Below, piece after piece: positions 40,130 to 50,100 of a stretch of DNA of 64,000 nt. The stretch is from assembly GCF_001194135.2 (NCBI RefSeq), contig NC_068982.1:114954252-115018251 (forward strand), in the 5' to 3' direction. How positions within the stretch are numbered: the first letter of the stretch is position 1; each line of letters opens with the position of its first letter. Below the pieces are notes generated by a model that saw nothing but the letters and a program-made list of their open reading frames with translations, ran no database searches and was not told the DNA's origin. The stretch comes from Octopus bimaculoides. Taxonomy: Eukaryota. The position numbers were made by a program, and so were the translations under genes.

Positions 40130-41540
40130 AGATTCAAAGGCATACCGGTTTCGTAAAATTACTGATCACTGCTTTGAATGAGCACCGATTACCGAACGGT
40201 GTCGGGTCTACTAGTCCCTGAGTAATGAGATTATGTGTAAGGGAGGTAAGTAGTTCTGGATTGGGTGCAATTAGGGTAGATATAAATCTGTAATGTGAAT
40301 GGTGTATGGGATGTATAGGGGTTAGTGGTATTAATTGAAAGGTTAGTAGTGTTCTGTATTGTTATATGTTCATATTGAATTGTGGAAGATATTTATTGAT
40401 GAAAGTTGCCCCATTATTCCTTCTTTGCTGTACTGAGATGTTTTGTGATTATTGATAGAAGGGGAAAATTAGGAAATTAGGATTAAGGTTCCTAGCACAA
40501 CTTTCTATGTGTTCACTGACCTGTAAATGTCTGTATTGTGGGTGGCGGATTTGTTCTTTGTGGAGAGTGGTTCTTCGACGGAGTGATATTCCTGTTTGGC
40601 CAATATAATGATTACCACACCCTAAGCAGGTAATGGCATAGATTAGGTTTTCCGAGGCACAGGTGAAATTTGATTTAACCTTAAATATTTCATCTTGTTT
40701 AAAGTGGACTCTGAACCCTCTAAAAAGTGGGGGCATGTACCACAGTTAGGTCGACCACATTTTTTCACTTTTGGTTCTGTTGTTAATGGATATAGTCTTG
40801 CATTGGTTAATATTTTTTTCAATGATTTCGGTTGTATTTTGCTTTTGATAATTTTATGTGAGCCTATAATTTTGTTCATTGTTTTATCTCCTGTGAGGAT
40901 AGGTAGATTTTGGATGATAATGTTGAAGGCTTTGTTGTTTCTAGGGTTATGTGTGGAGATGTATGAGAGTATTTCTAAGTCTGGTGTAGTATTTCGGTTG
41001 ACTTCCCTTAATGTTCGTATATCTATTTCCTTATCTCGTTTAATGCCATCATTTATTAATGATATTGGACAATGTCTTTTGATTAGTATTGATCTGAGTT
41101 CACGGAGTCTTCGTTCACGAGTATAGGTGTCCGAAACTATGGTACAGATTCTTTTCGCTAGATTATAAGGTATATTAATTTTTATGTGTTTAGGTTGGTA
41201 TGAGTTGAATAATAGGTATTGTTTAGAATCTGTGGGTTTATAGAAGATGTCTGTTTCGATGTGGTTATTGACTATTTTAATTGGGATATCAAGAAAAGGG
41301 AGTTGTTTACTGCTGTATTCCATGGTGAATTGTATGTTGCTATTAATATTGTTAAGCATTATTTTGAAATCGAGGAGTTTTTCCATGCTAGGAGTAGATA
41401 GACAGCCGGCAACTGATGAAGGGTCGTTCTTTGTGTTACTTGTCCTGTTTTCCATTTGTTTCTCTCGTTGTTTGCGTATTGAACTCATTTGTTAGCTTGC
41501 GTATTTCATGTTGTTTACCGTTGGTGACGTCCTGTACCCA
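40130..41540 (-). mobile_element. Penelope-like retroelement fragment (RT C-terminus, GIY-YIG endonuclease, 3' repeat region)
   Basis: ORF 40643-41488 (LPFLDI...DIFYKPTD...CGRPNCGTCP) and ORF 40449-40736 (LIYAITCLGCGNHYIGQTG, a GIY-YIG motif) are joined by a frameshift. Confidence 0.9.
40132..40189 (-). ncRNA. Degenerate type I minimal hammerhead ribozyme in the Penelope 3' region
   Basis: The - strand reads attcaaag-ca GTGATCA gtaa-tt-ttac GAAA c-cg-g TA tg-c-ctttgaat. Stems I and II, GAAA and a palindromic stem III with a GUA site are present, but the core CUGAUGA reads GUGAUCA. Confidence 0.55.
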
Positions 41541-42159
41541 TATATGTATGTGTGTGTGTGTATGCATATATATATATATTTATATGACACTATGTATGTG
41601 TGTATGTATGTATGTATGTATGTATGTATGTATGTATGTATGTATGTTTGCATGTATGTATAAAGTGAAGAATGGAACTAGTAAAATACGGACTACGAGC
41701 CAATATTGTATATTTCAGTAAGCTTACTGTGACAGTTTTACCTATTTTTTTCACTTGTACCATGTTTACCTATGATTTTAAATCAGGATATGTATCAGCA
41801 TGTAAACATTTACTTCAAAGTGAAAGTCAATTTCGTAAGCTATTGTGACATTCTGCCAATTAGGCATGGTTGTCATACTAAATTATAAGTCCCCTTCCGC
41901 TGTAATATATGAATCTAGTCTGAGCCATATAACGTATCGAGTGCAAACAATTATAAAGCACCCTTCTCTGATATATTACTACATATCAATATAATAGTTC
42001 ATGATGTGGCTTTAATTAGCACTAAATGATAATCATTTATTTCACTCTATTCTTCTCAATCCTAGCATCGCACACTCCAAATTGTATCAAGATCCCGCAT
42101 AATGCACATTATATACCGAAGGTATAAAGAGGGACAATCTAGAGAAATACTTTTTTTTA

Positions 42160-42800
42160 TCTGTTGTTTACAGATAAGGTACAGAGACACCCGGCTTCGA
42201 TGCAATGTTTACTGAAGGCATAAAGAGATTTTTAACGTTGTTCTGGTGTTGACTGAACAGATAACGAACAGGTATAATTTCAGAGTGATTTTGCCTTGAT
42301 CTAACGTTTAATGGAGACAGAAAATGGGACATTGATTTCTAATGCTTACTGAAAAGATACAGAGAAACTTAGCTTTGATTTAATGTGGTTTAAAGAATTG
42401 AAGAAGATGGAGATGTGGTTTTCACCTACAATTTACTGAAGGGCTAAAGAAGAAAATTTGGTTGTGAAATGTGAACCGAAAAGCTGAAGATGAAGACTTT
42501 TCTCTGATCCACCATTACATGAAGAGCTAAAGATGAAATCTTGGCTTTAGATATGTTGTTTATTGAAAGGTTAAAGATAAAGATTTAATTTTGATCTGCT
42601 TTTTAATGATGGGCTAAAATCATGGCTAGAGACAGAGGTTTGGTTTTCACGTGTTGTTTATTGAGTGGTTAAAAAGTTAGAGGGTTGAGTTTCATAAGAA
42701 GAGAATTAACTTTGATATGTTGTTTACTGAAGGAATAAAGATGAGGACCTAGATTTAATACAAAGAGACTTTTCCTTGTTCTATTCTTTACCATGAAAAG
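42160..42800. repeat. Degenerate minisatellite, consensus about tgttgtttactgaagggctaaagatgaagacttggctttgat
   Basis: Recurring tgtttactgaa / gctaaagatgaa / tttgat motifs at roughly 40-60 bp spacing. Confidence 0.6.
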
Positions 42801-43926
42801 GCATGAAAAGGAAAAAAATAATAAAAAAATTAGAGTGGGAGTGAGTGTAATAGCTTTGATAACAAAGAATGATAGGAAACTGGGGGTGAACATCGATTTT
42901 AAGTAAACTATAAAGTTATATGCTGTCTCAGCAACATTAGCTGACACATGAGACATAAAAGAGGAGAGATAACAACATAATGGAATTCAGATAGAAACGT
43001 GTGTCGCTCCTACAACATAACTTTTACAAGAAATCAATTGATAACTCTCTTAGGAATAAACACATTTAAACAGAGCTACCTTCTTTCTTTCTATACCACA
43101 TTTTCTTTTTTTTTTCTTTTTTCTGTGGGAGGTTTTGTCTTTCTTTCCGTCTGTTTGTCTATTAAGCTCTCTCTCTCTCTCTCCCTCCCTCCCCATCTCC
43201 TCCTCTCTCTCTTAGTCTCTTTGTCCATTTTCTCTGTTTACAAATATCAATGCCCGTGTCCATTTGTGTTGCATGTTTGTGTGTTTGCGTATGTGTGGTG
43301 TGTGTCTGTGTCTGCCTGTGTGTGTGTGTGTAGTGTGTGGTATGTGTGGTGTGTGTGCGTGTTTGTGTGTATTTGTAGGTTTGCTTGTGTGTGTGCGCTT
43401 GTGTGTGCGTATGTGTGTGATGTGTGTGTGGCGTGTGTGGGTGCGNNNNNNNNNNNNNNNNNNNNNNNNNNNNNNNNNNNNNNNNNNNNNNNNNNNNNNN
43501 NNNNNNNNNNNNNNNNNNNNNNNNNNNNNNNNNNNNNNNNNNNNNNNNNNNNNNNNNNNNNNNNNNNNNNNNNNNNNNNNNNNNNNNNNNNNNNNNNNNN
43601 NNNNNNNNNNNNNNNNNNNNNNNNNNNNNNNNNNNNNNNNNNNNNNNNNNNNNNNNNNNNNNNNNNNNNNNNNNNNNNNNNNNNNNNNNNNNNNNNNNNN
43701 NNNNNNNNNNNNNNNNNNNNNNNNNNNNNNNNNNNNNNNNNNNNNNNNNNNNNNNNNNNNNNNNNNNNNNNNNNNNNNNNNNNNNNNNNNNNNNNNNNNN
43801 NNNNNNNNNNNNNNNNNNNNNNNNNNNNNNNNNNNNNNNNNNNNNNNNNNNNNNNNNNNNNNNNNNNNNNNNNNNNNNNNNNNNNNNNNNNNNNNNNNNN
43901 NNNNNNNNNNNNNNNNNNNNNNNNNN

Positions 43927-43961
<35 letters not shown>

Positions 43962-44653
43962 CTGTGTGCATGTGTAAACACCAGTGTGCACTTGTTTGCT
44001 TATAAGTTTATATGTGTTGCCTGCTGTTTAGAGCAGAGATTCGTGACGGAGGACGCATGGACCGGTGGGGGAGGGGCTGCCACATTCTAAGAAAAGCAAA
44101 ACCTGGAAAATTAGAGAAAGGAAGAGTACTTGTAGGAACATATGTGGTAACTGACTAAGCAGTTAACTGAGCAGTCTAATGTCCTGTGTCCCATCATTGT
44201 AATCCTGTTAATCTATTCTTGAAAGAATGTATGTGTACAAAGAAGCTCTTGAAAGAACTTATGTCATAGAGAGTCAGGAAACAATTTTCTCTGTCCTTAA
44301 GCAACTCAAAATGTATTAGCACAACATAAGACGTCTGATCTTTTCATAATTTCCAAACCTGAAACAATCGCTGAGACACTGGAAGATGGTGACTTATCAT
44401 GTGATACACAAAGATATGAAAGAATAATTTGATGATCTTTTAAGCCTACATATCCCGGGTTAGATTAGAAATCATTTGAAATTAAACCTATTCAATTCCA
44501 AGCAGAGATTCAATATTCAATTCCAAGCAGAGATTCAATAACATTTGATTGATCCTCGCACGTCGTCAATTCACTCTGTTTCATAAATTTTTCAAATAAA
44601 TTGCCAACGCTATGGGAGAAAACCCCAAATATATTTATTTTTATTTTTCTCAG

Positions 44654-44762
44654 GTGCAGATTTAAATAAGGTAGTTGCGTCAACAAAATCGAGGAGCAAA
44701 TTTGACATTACAACAAAAAGTGACATTGCAGCAAAAACTGACATTGCAACAGAACATGTTCG
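44654..44762 (+). CDS. eyg: eyegone-like Pax gene, predicted linker exon 3 (G-ADLNKVVASTKSRSKFDITTKSDIAAKTDIATEHV-R)
   Basis: Strong acceptor ttatttttatttttctcag|GT and donor CG|gtaaaa. The 109 nt exon is open, enters in phase 1 and exits in phase 2, exactly bridging exon 2 to the acceptor at 46942. I recognise no homology, so support is splice signals and phase only. Confidence 0.6.
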
Positions 44763-45396
44763 GTAAAATCATCTACTGACATAAACGAAATATTATACCG
44801 GCTCCCCTCCTATTTACTGAATATACTGGATGTTGTGTTTTCCTTCTGTTGTAGTTACTGTTGGAATATTTACTATTGTAACAAAGTGCTACAATAATTA
44901 TTGATATAATTGTGTAGCTATAATCGGTGTATAATAACAGTAGACATACAGAACAGTAGTGTTGTGTTCTCTCATTCTTATATGAATACATGTTTCAAGT
45001 GGCTTTTAGAGAAAATGTTTTACGTTTATGGAACGAGATTATATATGACTGTGGGTATCATATCAGAACCAGACACTAAATATACTACGCATGTCTAATA
45101 TTAGTAATTTTTACAAAAAAGACTTCTTAAAGTTTCTTTCGTGTATATGTAAAATATATTCTTTGTACTATCATAAACACTTGAAAACTTTTTCTTTCTG
45201 ACTGAGGGCTTCGTTTGAAAGGTCATTACTCTCATAATGTGGAGGCGCAATGGCCCAGTGGTTACGGCAGCGAACTCGCGGTCATAGGNNNNNNNNNNNN
45301 NNNNNNNNNNNNNNNNNNNNNNNNNNNNNNNNNNNNNNNNNNNNNNNNNNNNNNNNNNNNNNNNNNNNNNNNNNNNNNNNNNNNNNNNTATTATTA

Positions 45397-45427
<31 letters not shown>

Positions 45428-45862
45428 TATTATTAAGCAAGAATATTGCTAACAATGAGACTTTACTCTTCAAACGGACAAAAAGTTAGAAAATAATAGA
45501 CTAAATATTACAATTATAGATAAGTAAAAGTGAAGTTGCTTACTTATCGACCCATCATGCCCGTTTGATTCCACGATAGTAAAGAAAGAGAAAGAAAAAC
45601 AAAGAAAATACAATCCTTTAAAATTTGAAATAGGAAGAATTTGGAGCATGCGAACAGTAAAGGCCGTACCTATAATAATTCATGTGTTGGGAACAGTAAG
45701 CCAAGATATAGACAAATGGCTAGCGGAGATTGAAATAGAAAGTCATTTTTCTATAATTTGGCTTACTGTTCCCAGCGCACCAATTATTATAGGTACGACT
45801 ATTACTGTTTGCATGCTCCAAATAACAAATTTGGAGAGATCTAATGAATATAAATTAATTTA

Positions 45863-46148
45863 TTAATTAATTAATATTGTCTACAATTGTTTCAATTTAC
45901 ACTCAATACAGATTACAAAACATATATGTTAAAATAAGTTTGCATTTTTGAAGATTTTGAGTGAAACATCTTCAGGGCGAAGGACATTACGAAGTTTACA
46001 TGTTGATCGTTTGAAATATTCCAATTGACAATTGAAGATCTTGAGTGAAGTCAAGGTCTTCAAAATGCAAACTTATTCTATCATATATGTTTTGAAATTT
46101 GTATTGAGTGTAAATTGAAACAATTGTAGGCAATGTTAATTAATTAAT
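45863..46148. mobile_element. MITE-like inverted repeat in eyg intron 3
   Basis: Arms of about 92 bp (45863-45954 and 46057-46148) share ctacaattgtttcaatttacactcaataca...aaacatatatg...aataagtttgcattt, with a handful of mismatches. Confidence 0.75.
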
Positions 46149-46316
46149 TTATTTATTTATATCTATTAAATCTCTACATTTTCTTATTTTATAATATTTG
46201 ATATTTTATAATTTATTTATTGAAGAAATATCTCTTCAAAATATAATATATTAAACTTGTGTAACTTGGATAAAACTATCCCTGTAAAAGATTTTATATA
46301 GCCTCATAGTTACTGA

Positions 46317-46387
<71 letters not shown>

Positions 46388-46942
46388 ACTGGAAATCTTT
46401 TATCTTTTACTTGTTATAGCCATTGAACTGCGGCCCTGCTTTGAAGGGTTTAGTCGAACAAATCAACCTTCAGTACTAATTTTTTTAAACTGGTACTTAT
46501 TCTATCGGTCTGTTTTGCCGAATGTAAAAAATAACATCGGCTGGCAAGCTGTGACGCGAGACAAACATAGCACAAACTCAAAGAAAAACAAACAAAGATA
46601 TATATACATTATTTACGTGTGTGTGTGTGTGTGCGTGTATGTATGCAACGGGCTTCTTTCAGTTTCCGTCCTGCAAATACATTCACAAATACATTTGGTC
46701 AGCCCGGGGTTAGTAGAAGACACTTGCCCAAGGTGCCTCACAGAGGAAGAGAACCAAGACCAAATGTTTAAATCACACAGTCACACATGTGTTTATAATG
46801 ACTTGAAAATTAAAAATTTTAGTTCTCGGAATTTATGTCTTTTTTATTCTACATACCATTTATTTATTTTTTCATTTATTGTTAGAAAAAAATCATTAGT
46901 TATGAAATTAATTATTGTTATAAATTGTCGTATTCAAGACAG

Positions 46943-47123
46943 GGACGAGTTGTCGCCCTCACCATCAGATGATTCTATGTCAAGATTACGAAGAAACAGA
47001 ACCACTTTTTCGGCTGATCAACTTGAAATTCTAGAAAAAGAGTTTCAGAGAACCCATTATCCCAGTGTAAATACACGTGAGGAATTAGCCTTGAAGACGG
47101 ATTTGTCCGAGGCTAGAGTTCAG
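46943..47123 (+). CDS. eyg: eyegone-like Pax gene, exon 4: homeodomain residues 1-46 ([47 protein letters not shown])
   Basis: PRD-class homeodomain with a donor CAG|gtaaat at 47124, the canonical intron position between residues 46 and 47. The acceptor is AG 46941-46942, with an alternative AG at 46937-46938. Confidence 0.92.
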
Positions 47124-50100
47124 GTAAATAGACATTGTCCTTTATTTTCGTAAATTTTGTTAAAATGTTGATTTTATTATTGTTGTTTAGCTTGCGACCA
47201 GCTCTGATCCAACAGAACTATTATCGAAGGCGTTGTAGCCTTGATCTTTCCGTGTTTCTTTTCAGTCATAATGTATCTAGAACTATATTATCCATTGTGG
47301 ACTTTCTTGACTCCAGGTTGTTATTTAAGAGAGATTTGACAGTTATTTTTAAAAAGATGAGCCGCCGGGGTGTTATTACAAAAGCTGGCACTTTGTCGGT
47401 TACAACGACGAGGGTTCCAGTTGATCCGATTCACGGAACAGCCTGCTCGTGAAATTAACTTGCAAATGGCTGAACACTCCACGGGCACGTACACCTTTAA
47501 CGTAGTTCTCAGGGAGATTCATTCTGTGTAACACAGAATGTGACAAGGCTGGCCCTTTGAAATACAGGTATCACTCATTTTTGCCAGCTGAGTGGACTCA
47601 AGGGCACAAGCACTGTCAGGAACCGAACTCATGACCTTATGTTCATGAGCCGAATACTTTACCCACTAAGCCACGCAGCATCACATTGCAGATTTGTTAC
47701 ATTATGAAAAAATAAGTGAAAAAATATATGGAATGTCACAAAGTTAGAAACAAGTCGAGTAACTGTAAGATTTGTTGATGATCCTCTCAGTTGAGATATA
47801 AGAAAGTCATAACTCAGTTGTGTCGTTTAAGTAAGTCAGAGATAGTGAAATGGTAGGCTAGAGTGGAGGTGAAACGATACCTGCGAGCTCCGGGGAGCAG
47901 AAACTACTCTAGTAGCAGAAGTTAACGGAGAAGGTAGCATGTAACCTCTACACATTTGAGTATGTTGGCCAGAACTAAAACATTGCTGGCATTAATAGTT
48001 TTTTTATTCACTGTGTATAGAAAGTCAATTAATCAGATACATATCAATTATAAATATGACACGTGGGATCAGGAACCTCTATGTGATCCCTCGGCTAACT
48101 AGCAATAGCAACCAAACCTTTGTTGAGCTACACTCGAAAATATATGGACATATTAATTCACGTAGTCCTAAATAACATTAAATACCCAAGAGAAGGACAA
48201 GATGGAACGTCTTTGATCACAGTTTTACTCAATCTAGAGCCGACCTGAGGCTAAACAACCACGAAGCTCTGTTCTTTGTCATCCCGAAGAAGTTTCTTGA
48301 AGTGAAAAACTATCAAAAATAATAACCGAGAATGAAGCATAAATTTTAAAATATCTTTTGTTCATTGCCAATAATATCCTTACCATTAATTTCTCTGTTT
48401 CTATGACTCGAGTCCCACACGAGCCATATTTTGTGTCAGCCAATAATTATATGCTCTTTTAAATGGAACAAATTAAGGAGCCATTGTCCCTTAAAAATCT
48501 TTGAATTACTTAATCTATTGTATGTTGTCAAATAAACTATTTTAACAGAAATCTTTGGCAAAACTTAATACTTGTATTTTGAATACGCGTGTTTCTTTGG
48601 TATTCTATCGCAGTTTCAATGCGCCTAGATCTATAATACGATGCTGGATGACTGACAGCAAAATTAGAATCGTTACAATATCAAATTTCTACACAAACCA
48701 GTTTAGCAGCCTTTAGCAGCAAGAATATAATTGAACAAAAACATAAAATATCCAGTAAATTATATTAGGTTATGTATATTGAGTTGAGAACAATAGCAAA
48801 AGTGTAACGTGCCAACGAACAAGTTATAAAGAATTTATAACCTTTCATTTCTATAGTATTTACTTTTGCTCGGTTTCGGTGTGTTCAAACACAGCAAAAC
48901 TAAACTTCAATTATTTTACAAAATATATTGTCAAACATTAGATTCGTCGTAAACTCACCTATTGATTCCCTAAAGTCCTATGTTTAAAAATTAATCATAA
49001 GAACTCGTACAAAACGTAACGTATCTTTAATATCTCTACTGGAGTATATTTTGTGTTTAAAATGAATCTAGTTGTATACTCATCTCTTTGCATGTTATAA
49101 AAGCTATTGTAGAAATGTATATGTAGTTTAAGCTGAAAGAGGTGGCTAAAGATTTCATTGATGCCTTATGTTTTACTCGATGTTTATATTAGATGTATAC
49201 TTGAGAAATAAGTAAACGGATTGACATGTCTTAACCCTCCAAAGAATGTAATATAACAGAAACTAGTTTGGGTAATTGCTTGAAAAGGCTTTGAAAGTAA
49301 GAACTTTCTTTTTCTTAGCACGATGTTCCATTTTGTCAGCAGAAAGAGAATAAGGTCGAATTCGTGGACGCGATCTCTTATTGGTACTTACATTGTCCAC
49401 TCTAGAAGGATGAAAAGCAAACTTGATAACTTTGAAATTTGGAATAAAAACTATGAATTATGGAGCGCTGAGCCAGTTATGTTCTGCCAGGCCATTTCCG
49501 CCATTTTAAATAAAAATAAAAATTGCTTCTATCATAGACGCAAAACTAGAATAATATATTGTTCTCAAAATAGACATAAGGCGTGGTATCAAGGGAAGGG
49601 GTTAGTTGAATGTATCGCCCCAGTACTTGAGTGGTACTTTATTTATCGACTCTGGAGAAGTGACAAGCTAAGTTTACCTCAGCTAGATTTGAAGTCAGAA
49701 GGTAGCGATCCAGAAGAAAAACAACAAGGCATTATGTCCGACGCTCTAACAATTCTACCAGCTCACCACCTTTAATAATAGTCCCTAATATATAGGCAAA
49801 AAGCTTGAAACTTGTGGGAGGAGGTTAGTCGATAGCATCAACTCCAGTATTTGATTGTAACTTTATCTTATTGACACCGAAATGATGAAAAGGCGAAGTT
49901 GACTTCGGCGGAATTTGAACTCAGAGCATAAAGAGCTGGAAGAAATACCGCAAGGCATTTTGTCCGACGCTTTAACGATTCTGCCAACGCATTGCACTAA
50001 ATTGTTTCAAATATTAGGCACAAGACCAGTAATTTTGATGGAATGAGCGAATCGATTAAATTGATTTCAGTCCTTTATTTTATTGGAAGGATGAAAAGCA

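Noticed and set aside
44491-44540. Perfect 25-bp tandem duplication upstream of exon 3
   Set aside because: An ordinary slippage duplication with no evidence of function.
45240-45288. tRNA-like sequence ggaggcgcaatggcccagtggtta
   Set aside because: It is the head of SINE family C (matches 62640-62688 reversed) and is cut by a gap, so it is not a tRNA gene.
46515-46942. N-terminal part of the 212-aa ORF 46515-47153 treated as coding
   Set aside because: It runs through a SINE and a microsatellite. Only 46943-47123 is exon.
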